Below are positions 1-11,705 of a DNA stretch of 64,000 bases, piece by piece; positions within the stretch are counted from its first letter, which is position 1; every line of letters begins with the position of its first letter. The translations under genes and the position numbers were made by a program. Source of the DNA: Thecamonas trahens ATCC 50062 (Eukaryota > Protista > Apusomonadida); the NCBI RefSeq assembly GCF_000142905.1, contig NW_013657649.1, positions 62,001 to 126,000 on the forward strand, written 5' to 3'. The notes beneath the pieces are model-generated. The model did no database searches. It worked only from the letters and a program-made list of their open reading frames with translations, and had not been told where the DNA came from.

Positions 1-2890
1 CCAGCCGCTGCTTGTCGAGCGGCGCCGAGCGGGCGAGGACGGTCATGGCCGGGAGGATGTGCTTGAGCTCGGCGTTGGTGCACTTGGCAAAGTCGGGGCC
101 CTCGAGCGCGGTGTCGAGGTCCGGGTCGTAGATGTTGCACTCGACGGCGATGGCGCGAGCGGTGTCAATGTTGTCGCCGGTGACCATGCGGACGACAATG
201 CCGGCCTTCTGGCAGTCGAGGACCGACTGCGGGACCTCGGGGCGGATGACGTCGTGGATGCCGGTGATGCCGATGACAACCGACTCGGAGATGTCCTCCT
301 CGTCCCAGTTGTCAGCCGGCGGCATGGCGAGATCCTTGTACGCAAGGCAGATGGTGCGGAGCGCGTGCTGCGCCATGTTGCCGATCTTAGCCTCGAGCTC
401 GCTGCGGATCTCGGGCGTGAGCCGGCGGACATTGCCCGACGCGTCGAGGTACGACACGCACTCAGCGAGGACCATCTCGGACGCGCCCTTGACGTAGTGG
501 CGGTACATGCCGTTCGAGAGACGGACAACGTACGACGAGCGCTTGCGCTTGGACGAGAACGGGAAGGCCTTGACCTTGGAGCCCGACGAGTCGGCCTCCT
601 CGCGCATGGCGCGGTAGTCCGGCAGCGAGCCGCGGACCTGCCGCGTGAACTTGAGCAGCGCCTGCTCGGTCGTCGAGCCGGTCCACTCGAGCTTGCTTCC
701 GCCGCCCTCCTTGGACTCGACGCTAACCTCGGCGGCCGACGAGTTGATGTTGATGCCCTGGAGGATCTTGAAGAGCAGAGTGCCCTCCACGCCCTCAGCC
801 TTGGGCCCGACCGACCAGTCCTTGACCTTCTTGGCCAGGAGCGCGTCGTCAGCAGAGTCGATGCCGGCCAGCGACTCGCCGGCAATCCAACCGTCGACCA
901 CCGTCATCTCGTTGCGGGTGAGCGTTCCGGTCTTGTCGGAGCAGATGACCGTGGCACGGCCCATGGTCTCGCATGCCGCAAGCTTACGGACCAGGTTCTG
1001 GTCCTTAAGCATCTTGACCATCGAGTAGGCCAACGCAATGGTGACGGCGAGCGGGAGACCCTCGGGCACCGCCACCACCACAATCGTGATCGACGTGATG
1101 ATGTACTCGGTCATGAGCTCGAGCGCCTCGTTGTCAATCTTCTTGCCCTTGTCAACCTGCATGATGAAGAACTTGACCGAGAGCACAATGAAGAGAATGA
1201 CGGCAGCAAACATGCCAAGCTTGCCAATGTCCTTGGCCAGCTTGTCGAGCTGCTTCTGCAGCGGCGTGTCCTCGGGCGGCACGCGGAGCGCCATGACGGC
1301 ACGTCCGTTGTGCGAGTCCATGCCGACGCACGTGACCAGCATCACCGCGTCGCCCTCCTTGATCTTCGAACCCGAGATGAAGAACGGGTTGTGCTTGTTC
1401 TTGTGGCAGAGATCCGGCTCGCCGGTCTGGCCAGACTCGTCCGCAGCACACGAGTTGCCGCTCACGTACAGCCCGTCAACAGGCACAATGTCGCCTGTGG
1501 AGAGCTGGAGCAGGTCACCCACCACAACGTCAAAGACCGAGATCGACTGCGCAGACTCGGAGCCCGACCGCAGGACCTTGACCGACTTGTCGTCCTTCTG
1601 CTTGTTGAGTTTCTGGAACTGCTGCTCCTTCTTGTAGTCGTTGAGCGCCGTGACCATGACCACCAGCGTGACGGCCACAAGAATGGCCGCACCCTCGATC
1701 CAACCGGCGGCACCGTCGTGCGACGCCACCGTCACGCCCAGAATGAGCGACACAATCGCCGCCACAATGAGCAGAATGAGGATAAAGTCCTGCAGCGTCT
1801 CATAGCAGAGCTCGAGGAACGACTTGGTTGGCGCCTCCGGCAGCCGGTTGGCTCCGAACCGCTCGCGCCGCGACGGAATGGTCGAGACGTCAATACCACG
1901 ATGCAGGTCCGTTCCGAGTGCGTTGGCCACACCCTAAGGAAAAAAAAAAAGAAACAAGCACCATTCGCAGCAGCAATCACAGTAGTCATAGTGGCCATAT
2001 CCATGGTGGTGGTAGGAGTTGCATGCGTGAGTAGGAGGAGCGAGCAGGGGGGGGGGGTGGCGCGGGATAGCCTGAGACCAAAAAAAAAATGGTCCCAACG
2101 GGCGCCATTCTGCAGCCCACAATCGATGGCTCTAAGTGTGACAAGAGGCCAGGTAGGGAGGGGGGGGGGGGAAGGGGGAGGCAGCTGCGCTGCATGGAAG
2201 AAGGATTAGATGGTGGGGTAGTAGGATATGTGTGGGTGGGGACAATGGTAAAGTGGGGAGGGGGGGGGGAGGGGGCTGGAGGAGGAGGTAGAAGCCACGG
2301 GCAGCGTGGGTGTAGGGGACGCCCAGCCCCGTTCCCCTTCTCCGTACTGCAATGCAAGCAAGCAAGGGCGGCAGGTCACACGAAAGCACCAAAAACTGAA
2401 AACTGAAATCATTCGGCCAACGATAAAATGATGGAGAAAGAATTGGTTGGTCGGTGGTTGGTAGCAGCGGCAGTGGGAGGCGGCCGCGGGGGGGGAAGGG
2501 GGAGGGGGACGTACGAGGAGCTTGCCCATCTTGCGGTAGAGCTTGGGGTTTTGCGGGTAGAGCTCGTACAGCTCGTCACGGTTGTACTCGAGACGCTCTG
2601 TGGGCTCGCCGCCCATGCCAGAGGACGAGGAATCGTCATTGGCAGCAGCCTTGACCTGGACGAGGCGGGCCCTGATCGAGTTGGACCGCTTTTCGCCAGC
2701 GGGTAACGCCCGAGACAGCAACGTCGGCAGGCGCAGCCGTGTTGGACTTGGTCTTGCTGCCGCCACGAGCCGCACGTGGCTGACTACGAGCTCCGCCGTC
2801 CTGGAGAGTACCTCCTTCCTCGTCCGAATAGAACGAATCGTAGTACGAGTACGACCCCGACCCGTCATCAAGAGGCGAACGTGCCGCCAT
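1..2890 (-). CDS. PMCA: Plasma-membrane/vacuolar-type Ca2+-ATPase (P2B, PMCA/PMC1-like), 3'-partial; exon 1 2890-2515, exon 2 from 1933 to the window edge
   Basis: Manual minus-strand translation gives PEGLPLAVTIALAYS, ACETMG, ICSDKTGTLT (phospho-Asp), KGASE, RMVTGDN and VLARSAPLDK. Exon 1 (...ELYPQNPKLYRKMGKLL) joins GVANALGTDLHRGID in phase 0. An apparent indel at the G3 run 2701-2703 breaks exon 1. Confidence 0.92.
1934..2514 (-). other. Spliceosomal intron in PMCA (581 nt)
   Basis: GTACGT donor at 2514; polypyrimidine TTTTTTTCCTTAG acceptor ending at 1934; splicing restores the frame. Confidence 0.85.
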
Positions 2891-3006
2891 GATGAGCTTC
2901 CGAGTGCAGTGTGCTCACGACTCGTCGACTTTGCCTTTGCCCTATTTTGCCGTTTGGCGGAACGCTGACAACTGGGCGTGGAGTGGTGTGGGTAGTCAGC
3001 GGGCTT

Positions 3007-3102
3007 GGTGCGTGGATGGGCTGGTGCGTGGATGGGCTAGTGCGTGGATGGGCTGGTGCGTGGATGGGCTGGTGCGTGGATGGGCTGGTGCGTGGATGGG
3101 CT
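3007..3102. repeat. Tandem minisatellite, 6 x 16 bp (GGTGCGTGGATGGGCT)
   Basis: Six adjacent copies with one substitution, just upstream of the PMCA ATG. Confidence 0.95.
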
Positions 3103-3145
3103 GGTTGGTGCAGGGTTAGGATGGCGCTGATCGGACCGGTGCAGG

Positions 3146-3229
3146 GATGAGCCTGGCAGTCATCGGCGTGGTGCAGTGATGAGTCTGGCAGTCATCGGCA
3201 TGGTGCAGTCATCGGCGTTGTGCAGTGAT
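3146..3229. repeat. Imperfect tandem repeat, about 32-bp unit (GATGAGCCTGGCAGTCATCGGCGTGGTGCAGT), 2 copies plus a partial
   Basis: Direct inspection. Confidence 0.8.
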
Positions 3230-4143
3230 CTGCCTGGCTATATAATCCCTGGCTGTTATCGGCGTAGACGGCGACGATGCGGGTGAGAATGAGCAGGAGG
3301 AAGAGCAAGGGGAAGGGCGGCATGGATACAAGGAAGACACCACTCGTCGTCAAAGCCACTGGGGCGTGTAGCACGAGCAGAGCAGGGACAATGCTTGCCA
3401 GGATTGTGCATGAGCATGAGGTGAAGAAGCGGGAGCAGGCGCGGACCAAGGGTAAGGGCTCAGGGGGTTGGGGGGAAGGGAGGGGGGGGGGGGGGGGGGG
3501 GGGGTACGGGGGGGAACGGTACGTACGGGGTACGGTACTAACGTTGGACTTGATCTAGGTGATNNNNNNNNNNNNNNNNNNNNNNNNNNNNNNNNNNNNN
3601 NNNNNNNNNNNNNNNNNNNNNNNNNNNNNNNNNNNNNNNNNNNNNNNNNNNNNNNNNNNNNNNNNNNNNNNNNACGGGCGGATCAGGGTCATAGGCATGT
3701 GGCCGTAGTGGCTGGAGTGGTCAGAGTGCCTGGACAGAGTGGACGGGGTGGGACGGGGTGAGACGGAGCGTGCTGGTCATTGTGTTCGGCTTGGTCGTGG
3801 TGTCTGTGCTCTCGGCAGCTGGGTCGCGTGACTGGCGGCGTGGCTGGCACAACTGGCGTGCGTGACTGGCGTGACTGGCGTGACTACGAGCATGACGGGC
3901 ATGGACCACTAGCATGACGGGCATGGACCATTGTGGACATCATACACATCATGGACATTGTGGCTGTACTTGTTGAGACTCATTCTGGACATGCTGGGCA
4001 TGTTCGACCATCGTCGTCGTTGTCATCATCATCGTCATCGCATCTGCTTACGAGCACATCGGCCCGCGACACCATCACAGCAACGAGAAAGGGCGACACA
4101 ACTCACTCACACGGAAACGAGGCGCATCGCAGCACATTTGCAG

Positions 4144-4440
4144 CGAACGGCAGTGGCGGCGGTTCAGGAGGTGTCGGACGTGCTGCTGGACAAGGTCAAC
4201 TCGGGCGTGGCGCAGGTCTTTGCCAACCAGCGTCTCATCGAGGGCGAGGCCAAGACCCTACATTCCCAGACCTCGCGCCTTGTCAAGCAGACCGGCCAGT
4301 GGGTGACTGCCGTCGAAAAGTTCAATTCGGCCCTCAAGGAGCTCGGTGACGTCGAGGCCTGGGCGAGGGCCATCGAAAGCGATCTCCGTCACGTCGCCGC
4401 CTCTCTCGAGTATGTCAACGACGCCACAACGTCGTCGTAG
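4144..4440 (+). CDS. BLOC1S1: BLOC-1 subunit 1 (BLOS1/GCN5L1); probably the last exon, 5' end uncertain
   Basis: VNSGVAQVFANQRLIE...QW...FNSALKELGDVEAWARAIESDL...LEYV matches the BLOS1 consensus. TTGCAG at 4138-4143 is a plausible acceptor; the ORF is open from 3931. Confidence 0.88.
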   Translation, partial: RTAVAAVQEVSDVLLDKVNSGVAQVFANQRLIEGEAKTLHSQTSRLVKQTGQWVTAVEKFNSALKELGDVEAWARAIESDLRHVAASLEYVNDATTSS

Positions 4441-4477
4441 TACACCATACGCTCCAGATCTAAACTCAATCTGCCGT

Positions 4478-6247
4478 CTAGCAAGTCGACGCCGCTGATG
4501 ACGCCGATGACTCCGACGGCTCCCTTCGCCGATACGCAACGTACTCGGTCCGGTACGCCGACAGGTCAAAGTCACTGCTGCAGGTCTGCGTCGCCGACGC
4601 ATCGGTCGACACCCCGCTAGTGCTGCCCGAGCTGGAGCTCGATTCGAGGCTGGAAGCCACACTGCAAGAGGCGTCAAAGACAGGCCCGGGCAGCGGAAGC
4701 GTCTCGAGCGTCACCGTCGTCTTCAGCTGTGACGATGAGTCGGACAACGACGAGAATGCGCGCTCCGAGGCACTCGATCGCGATTGCCGCGACCTCCGCC
4801 TCCGTCGTCGCTTGCGAGGGCGGCTCCCGTAGCAGCAGAGCCATCCTCCGCCACTACCGTCTGCAGTAGTCGAAAAGTCGTGCGACGACGGCCGGTGCGC
4901 GTCCGATCGTGGCAGGACATCCGGCGTCGGAAAGTTGGCGTATAGCGCGGCGTAGTCCCATTCATGTGGCCGCCAATATAGATCCAGGCCAGCGCTACAG
5001 TCTTTGGGCAGGCTGGCTGGCATTGGGCTGCACGACTTCGATGACGAGTCCGACGACGACGTCGATGACGATCCGACAGCCGGCGAGCACCCTGTTGGCG
5101 GCCACGTCGTTACCGCAGATCGGCCGGCGACAATGCTGGGACCCATCCATGGCCCCGGCTGTGCAACAGTCTCCGCGGAGCTCCGCCAGAATCGGCACCA
5201 GCCGGGGCACGCCGGGCTCCGCGCAGCCTCGATCCGATGAGCAGACGCCGACAGCGCAAACGAGGCCACCAGTCCAAAGTGGTCCGACGGAAACAGCCGA
5301 CGCATCTTGTCAGACCGCCCGCCGCGCTCGGGCGTCGCCAGCGGGCGGGTTCCGATTCGAGCCATGTACTCCGGCCGCCATCGCGGCCGCTGAGGGTGAG
5401 CCACCATCTCGTCGAGAACAGGCATTGAAGGCGGCGCCGACGACGACGAGGCGGATGACAAGTCCGAGTCGGGCGTGAGCGATCGAGTTCGCGATGCAGA
5501 TGCCGAGATGAGACTAACCGGCGGGCCGGAGAGCCGTCGGGCGAGACCGACGTGACCCGGCTCAAAGAACAGACAGCGATCGTAGCGGACGTGAAAGGCC
5601 TTGCGCTTGATCTTGCGCAACATCTCATTTGATGCCGTGTCCTGGGTCAAACCGGGATCGTCCGGGTACAGCATTGGCCACATGTCAATGAGGGGGGTGG
5701 CAACAAGCGCAAGCTCCTCCGGGGCATCGGTCGCCACGTTGGTGTCGCCGGCAATCACCACCAGCGCCGCTTGCTCCCAGTACGGCTCCAAATGACTGCG
5801 GATGTCGAGGATTTGGGCGACACGAAAGGCACCAAACTCGGGAAGCGACTCGAGATGAACGCAGCCGACAACGATGCTGTCCGCGGTGTTGACCTCGATC
5901 TCAGCGAGCAGCAGCTTGCGGTTCATCCGCGAGACAAGATCAAAGGCAATGAACCGTTTGACAGGTAACCGGGAGAGGATAACAACGCCGTACGGCTGCA
6001 GCGTCTTGCCGGAGCCGTCCGAGACAACAAAGTTGTTGCGGATCCATGCATGGGCGAGAATGTGGTTGAGGCTTCGCGGCATGACCTCCTGCAGGCAGAT
6101 GACGTGCGGATCGAGGGCGCGCAACTCGCACAGCGCGGCATGCAGCCGCTCGATCCAATACCCGTCTGCAAAGAACACGTTCCAAGACACTATCCGGAGG
6201 CGATCCAACCTCACATTGGGCAGCTCAAGGGATCCATCATGCTCCAT
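4478..6247 (-). CDS. Endonuclease/exonuclease/phosphatase (EEP) protein, TDP2-like, with a long low-complexity C-tail
   Basis: SWNV, ICLQEV, HLES, GDTN, RYDR and PSDHFG catalytic motifs in the expected order. Confidence 0.85.
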   Translation of the reverse strand: MEHDGSLELPNVRLDRLRIVSWNVFFADGYWIERLHAALCELRALDPHVICLQEVMPRSLNHILAHAWIRNNFVVSDGSGKTLQPYGVVILSRLPVKRFIAFDLVSRMNRKLLLAEIEVNTADSIVVGCVHLESLPEFGAFRVAQILDIRSHLEPYWEQAALVVIAGDTNVATDAPEELALVATPLIDMWPMLYPDDPGLTQDTASNEMLRKIKRKAFHVRYDRCLFFEPGHVGLARRLSGPPVSLISASASRTRSLTPDSDLSSASSSSAPPSMPVLDEMVAHPQRPRWRPEYMARIGTRPLATPERGGRSDKMRRLFPSDHFGLVASFALSASAHRIEAARSPACPGWCRFWRSSAETVAQPGPWMGPSIVAGRSAVTTWPPTGCSPAVGSSSTSSSDSSSKSCSPMPASLPKDCSAGLDLYWRPHEWDYAALYANFPTPDVLPRSDAHRPSSHDFSTTADGSGGGWLCCYGSRPRKRRRRRRSRQSRSSASERAFSSLSDSSSQLKTTVTLETLPLPGPVFDASCSVASSLESSSSSGSTSGVSTDASATQTCSSDFDLSAYRTEYVAYRRREPSESSASSAASTC

Positions 6248-6832
6248 CGTCTGCCCCTCCCCATCCCCCGCACAAACAAGGCAACATGTCCAGTCGATCA
6301 GTCGAACGTGGAGACCGGGGGCATGCAACAGCATCGCATGCACCAACAGAGATCCCAGGCCATTGCAAGGTGTGGTAAGTACAAATCAAGCACGCGATAA
6401 GTCCATCACCCATATCACGTTGAGAGCACCGCCGCCATCACCAGTGACAGTCGTGTCCGGCCAGCACATGTTCCCCACCCCCCCCCCCACAGCAGCACCC
6501 CCCCGCACGCCACATCGGTCTCCCGCAATGGATGTGAGTGGCTATATCCAAGCCGAGCGAGTGCAACCGATTCCGCAACACCACACTCTACGACATCGCT
6601 AGCTTGTCAATGGCGTCCTACATACCGATGTGGAGGTTGGAAGCCATCTCCGCCGACTGGAGTCCCATCGCTGCGGCTGGAGATTGACTCGGCCGAGCGG
6701 ACGGCCATCGCCTCTTGCAGCGCGCAGCATGTCCACAGTCACACTACGCCTTCACCAACACCTTGCCACTCTACGACCTCCCGGGATACCTGCCCAAAAC
6801 CACCTGGAGTCGAGTACCTGATCCTCTAGGCC

Positions 6833-6865
<33 letters not shown>

Positions 6866-7763
6866 CGCGATCTGACTCGAGAAATGTGAGTCGACTGCAG
6901 AGCGTCGAGCTCGGGTGTGTCAGCCGCAGACGGGTCGAGAAGCACGATGAGGAGCACGTCTGGTAGGATGGGGGAGTAACCAACAGGTCCCCACATCCCC
7001 CTTCCGCACCACGTAATAGTCAATTTGGCATAGCGCCCCGCGACGGCCACAATGCTTCATGCANNNNNNNNNNNNNNNNNNNNNNNNNNNNNNNNNNNNN
7101 NNNNNNNNNNNNNNNNNNNNNNNNNNNNNNNNNNNNNNNNNNNNNNNNNNNNNNNNNNNNNNNTACGGCCCGTCCCCCCCCCCGCCCGCCGCCGCCCCGC
7201 CGCCCCCGCCCCGCCAAGCTGCTCAGACTCGGCTGACCCGCACCGGTCTTCCGCACCCATCACATCTTTACCGCCGAGGGACGGCAACTGCAGCCACGAT
7301 GCGAGCGATCTACACATGGTGACTTGCTTGTTGATCGGTGGGTATAGAGAGGCAGGGAGGAAGCTGCATCGCCTACCACACTGTGGCTACAATGCCAACG
7401 ATCTTCCTCTCGATTGGCGGGTGTATGAGATGTTTGCGGAGAGAATAGGAGGGAGAGAATGAGGACATCGCCATGCCTGCGACCATCGCCGAGATCAAAC
7501 CGAGATGGTGTCTCATGGGAGGGGGGCAGGGGGGGGCAGGGGGGGGCAGGAGGAGAGGCGGGGGGCGGGAGGCGGGGGGCGGGAGGCGGGCAGGAAGCCG
7601 ATCAGACGCAACCATACTCTGATCATCCCCCCATCACCCTCCCCTCCTCCTCCCCCTTCCCTCTCCCGTCGTCTTCCCTCACAATCAGACTTGACCGGAC
7701 TGAGTCATGTCGCCCCACCGCCACCGCCACCGCCACCGCCACCACCACCCAACTCACTCACCC

Positions 7764-9274
7764 ATGGCATCTAGCCCCCGCAGCCGTCGCGCGAGGTGAA
7801 GGATGCCGCACCGTGGGTCAAGGCCGTCATGGGCTTGGGCCGGACGGCGGTGGAGGACCAGGTCCAGCGGTGGGCTGCCGAGCTCCGGTCTGCTCTGGAC
7901 GGACTGACCGACGGGGACATTGTGGCGGCGCTGGAAGAACGGCCGGAGGAGCTTAGCGGGGACGCTGACGACAGCAATCCGCAGCGGCTCTCCATCGCCG
8001 CCCTTCTGGAGCGTCTGTTGTCTGTCGAGTACTGGGGCGAGGAGCAGGAGGCTCTGGCTGTCCTGGTGCGATCGGGCGTCGACGGCCCGCTGGCCATCGT
8101 CCTCGCCGCCACCCATCCGGGTCCTCCGCCCGATGGAGGCGCCAACTCCCTGACGCAGGATCAGCTGGCCCAGTTAGTCCTCACCGGCGAGCTGCCGGCG
8201 GCGTCCGAGCCGCAAAGCGAGGCGCAGATCCGCCACGCCCGCGTCTCCGCCCTTCGCCAGGCCTCGGCGCTCATGTTGCGCAACATGGCTTGGGGCGCCC
8301 GCCAGGCCGATAACGGGTTCTTTGCACTGTCGCTGCTTTCACGCCGATCGCTTGGAATCACTGTGGCCAACGCGCTTGTCAACCACCACGAGTCGGGCCT
8401 CGTCGTCTACCATCTCATCGGCATGCTGCGCCTGGCTGCCGCCACCGTCCGCCACGAGGCCCACACAACAGAGGCGCTGGCCGAGCTGTGGTGCGCTCAT
8501 CCGCGGCCAGATGTGCCCGGCGGCGAGACAACTTCCAAGCTGGAGCTGCTGCAGATCCTGGCCGCCACCGCCCGCACCAATCGGGTCATCTCGTCCAAGC
8601 CACCGCTGGTGGTCCACGCTGAGGCCTCGCGCCTGCTCTGTGTCCTCGCTGAGTGGTACACCCTTGTCCCGCGGCTTGCCGAGTATGGATGCTCGCGCCC
8701 AGTTGCCGATTTGGCGGTCCTGACTCCATCGCCGAGTCTGGAGCTCGAGGCCGTCAAGGCCCTGTGGCGGATGCTGTCGTACTCGGACGAGGCCATGGTT
8801 GCGACGTACACTCGCGCCCCGCTCCATGTTGTCCGCGGCCTGGTGGCTGTCATCGCCAAGACATACTCGCGCAACCGCGAGGTGGTGGTCAAGGATGGGC
8901 TGGCAGCCTCGCACGAGGCCGTTTTTCTCGCCTGCAAGTCCATGCTCGCCCTCCTTGACGCCGCCCGCTTCCCAGCCGTGTCGTCGACCGGCCGGCCGGT
9001 CCCGCACCCGCTCGATGCCATCGTCGACTCGGAAGCCATCAAGGTCCTACATGCTGTCCGGCTCATAGAGGCCTTTGAGGGCATGCCCGAGATTGTGCAC
9101 CTCCTCGACGCGCTCGAAAACACGCCGCAAGGTCGTGCGTACCGGACCCGCGTCGAGGCCGAGCAGGCCGCCGCCGACGCTGCCGCCGCCGACGCTGCTG
9201 CTGCCGCCGCCGCCGAAGAGTCCATGTGCGCCAGGCTCCTCCGCGCTGCCCGCGCTGCCTGCGCTATCATGTAG
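7764..9274 (+). CDS. Unknown helical (ARM-like) protein with a C-terminal CaaX box (CAIM)
   Basis: 492-aa ORF with host-like codon usage. ATG 7764 joins it if the C5 run at 7775-7779 is C6. Ends ...AACAIM-stop. Confidence 0.65.
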
Positions 9275-9288
9275 CCACTTGGCATGAT

Positions 9289-10674
9289 TTACTCCCACTC
9301 GCCAAGATCGTCAGAGGCGCACGAGCCGGCCGACGCCGCGTCGGGATCGACCGAGTCTGCTTCGGATGAGGCTGAGACCGAGCCGGCGTCGTCGCCAGCA
9401 AAACGCGGGTGGGCCGACTTGGGGTCATTGTCGACCACAGGCGAGGCCGCTGCAGGCGCATCGGCGGTTTGCGGCGGGTGCGGGATGTACTCGGGCACCG
9501 GCTCGCCGTCGTCGGTTGACGAGAAGAAGTCCTCCGACTCGTACGACTCGGCCTTGGCCGAGTCCGGATCAGCGTGGAGCGAGCGTCGGTTCGACGAGGC
9601 CGAGCCGGAGCGGCCGCTGGTAAAGGTGCGCCCGTCATCGGATGACGAGTCGTCGGCCACCCCGTCGTCCGAGTCCTCGTCGAGTGTGAGGTCAAACTTG
9701 CCTCGGTGTGTAGCCTGCTTCTGCTCCTCGTGGGTCGACGACGACCGGTCGATCCGCGAGAAGCGGTCAGCCAGGGTCTCAGTCGGGAGCGAGGCAAGGA
9801 GGTGGGTGATGAGAAAGTCGTCGGCCTTCTTGCGGGCCTGCTTGATGAACTTGTGCTTGAGCAGGCGCTCGGCAGACGGACGGTCTTCGGGCTTCTTCTT
9901 GAGGCACGAGGCGATAAAGTTGTTGAAAGAGGCCGAGAACTTACGCTTCGACTTGTTTGTCGGGTCCTTCTCCTTTTGCATCGACGAGAGCGTCGGCGGC
10001 TCATTCTGCAGGATCATGAGCATGACCTTCATGGTTGGCCAGCGCGCGTACGGCGGCGAGCCGTGCGCCAGCTCCATGGCCGTCACACCGAGCGACCAGA
10101 TGTCGGCCTTGACGTCGTAGCCGGTCGAGCTCTGCTCCAGTACTTCAGGCGCCATCCAGCATGGAGTGCCGACAAACGTGCGCGCCATCGACTTTGCCGA
10201 GCCGAGCGTTCGGGTCACCCCAAAGTCGCCGAGCAGGACACGGCCATCGGCGTCAAGCAAGATGTTTGCCGCCTTGAGATCACGGTGGATCTGGCCATTA
10301 CGGTGAAAGTACTCGATGGCCTGGAGGCACTTGTAGATGATGTACGAGATGATCTCCTCGTTGAAGATGCCCTGCGGGTGAGCGGTGCGAAGAATGTCCA
10401 GGCACGAGCCATACGAGGCGATGTTAGAGACGAGCCAGAGCTTGGAGCCGTTGAGGAAGGAGCAGTGGTACTTGACAATGTTCTCATGGTCGGCCAGCAT
10501 CATCACCGCAATCTCCCGTCGAAACTCATCAATGTCCGTCTCCACCGAGTCGAGGTTGATGACCTTGACCGCCACACGCCGTCCGTTCTCCTTGCACACC
10601 GCCTCGTACACATCCGCAGACGCCCCACGTCCAATCTGTGCTCCGAGCTCTATCTCAATTTCACACTTAATCAT
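9289..10674 (-). CDS. STE20-family Ser/Thr kinase, OSR1/SPAK (Fray) type; the 5' exon may lie in the gap
   Basis: GRGASADV, VAVKVINLD, IHRDLKAANILL, GDFGV, TFVGTPCWMAPEVLEQ, GYDVKADIWS, MKVMLMILQNEPPTL. Confidence 0.9.
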   Translation of the reverse strand: MIKCEIEIELGAQIGRGASADVYEAVCKENGRRVAVKVINLDSVETDIDEFRREIAVMMLADHENIVKYHCSFLNGSKLWLVSNIASYGSCLDILRTAHPQGIFNEEIISYIIYKCLQAIEYFHRNGQIHRDLKAANILLDADGRVLLGDFGVTRTLGSAKSMARTFVGTPCWMAPEVLEQSSTGYDVKADIWSLGVTAMELAHGSPPYARWPTMKVMLMILQNEPPTLSSMQKEKDPTNKSKRKFSASFNNFIASCLKKKPEDRPSAERLLKHKFIKQARKKADDFLITHLLASLPTETLADRFSRIDRSSSTHEEQKQATHRGKFDLTLDEDSDDGVADDSSSDDGRTFTSGRSGSASSNRRSLHADPDSAKAESYESEDFFSSTDDGEPVPEYIPHPPQTADAPAAASPVVDNDPKSAHPRFAGDDAGSVSASSEADSVDPDAASAGSCASDDLGEWE

Positions 10675-11705
10675 GAGTACCGGAAGGGGGTGGAGAGGGA
10701 GAGGGGGAGGAAGGAGGGGGGGGAGGGGGGGGGAGGAAGGAGGGAGGGGAGGAGGGGCANNNNNNNNNNNNNNNNNNNNNNNNNNNNNNNNNNNNNNNNN
10801 NNNNNNNNNNNNNNNNNNNNNNNNNNNNNNNNNNNNNNNNNNNNNNNNNNNNNNNNNNNNNNNNNNNNNNNNNNAGGGGGGGGGGGGCGGTGACTGGAGT
10901 GTGCTGCTGCAGGTCGAGGAAGCAGTCGTGCTGGTCGTCAATGTGGGCATCGCCAGGCGCCTGTTTCCCCCCTCTCCCGTTTTGTGTCAGCCATGGAATA
11001 GGTCGATTTGATGTGGTGCACCATCATGCATCGGATGGTTCCTGGTGGGTTGGAGTCACTGATCTTGATGTTGGTAAAAGGCAGCTAGAGGAGGTGGGCA
11101 AAGAGGGGAGGGGGAAGTTGATGGAAGGGATGGTTGCTGTTTGGGGATCTGATCTTGGCTCTCAACTTGGTGGAAGGCGATGAATGGGGGAAGGGGAAGG
11201 GGGTGATCGCTTCACCTCGTCACATCTGTGCAACCAGAGGTATTTGCTAGCGATCTAAAGCTGGATGTAAGGGAGTGATCTCAAACAAGATGTCCAATCC
11301 AGGCACATTCCTTAATCCTTTACGGTACGGAATGGACAGTTTGTCCGTCGCGCAAGCCGCGCTCTGCGACGGTTCGCATACGTCGCAACGTCCATCAATC
11401 GTAGCACAACTACTTCTTAGAAACCATCGATCACCGCCTCACATAACCCATCTCACATCACAAACAATCAGTTTACAATCGTAACTCTCCAGCTCACCAT
11501 CTGCTTCCAATGGTGCACTCTATACTTTGCACATTCGTCAACCCTATCCATATTGTCTGCATCACAGCGCCCGAAATCGTAGCCTCTCTCTCACCCATTT
11601 CATTGATCAAACCGATGCAGCAGGTGGCACACAGTTGTACCACAGCCATCGTCACCCTCCCGACTCGCCACTGCTCTCTCCACACCCGTCTCACCATTCT
11701 AAACC

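Noticed and set aside
59-2209. 716-aa plus-strand ORF and many other long antisense or alternate-frame ORFs
   Set aside because: Shadow ORFs of GC3-rich genes; the real gene here is PMCA on the minus strand.
3007-3229. Short repeats as a CRISPR array
   Set aside because: They are tandem with no unique spacers, there are no cas genes, and the context is eukaryotic.
6540-6690. Minus-strand coding-like stretch (MGLQSAEMASNLHIGM*DAIDKLAMS*SVVLRNRLHSLG) with in-frame TAGs, hinting at stop-codon reassignment
   Set aside because: TAG is the genuine terminator of BLOC1S1, NME7 and the CaaX gene, and there is no recognisable homology; at most a decayed fragment.
11330-11400. Short inverted repeats (CCGTCGC/GCGACGG; also 21898-21948) as structured ncRNA
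   Set aside because: Stems of 7-8 bp are not significant, and no tRNA, snRNA or snoRNA hallmarks were recognised.
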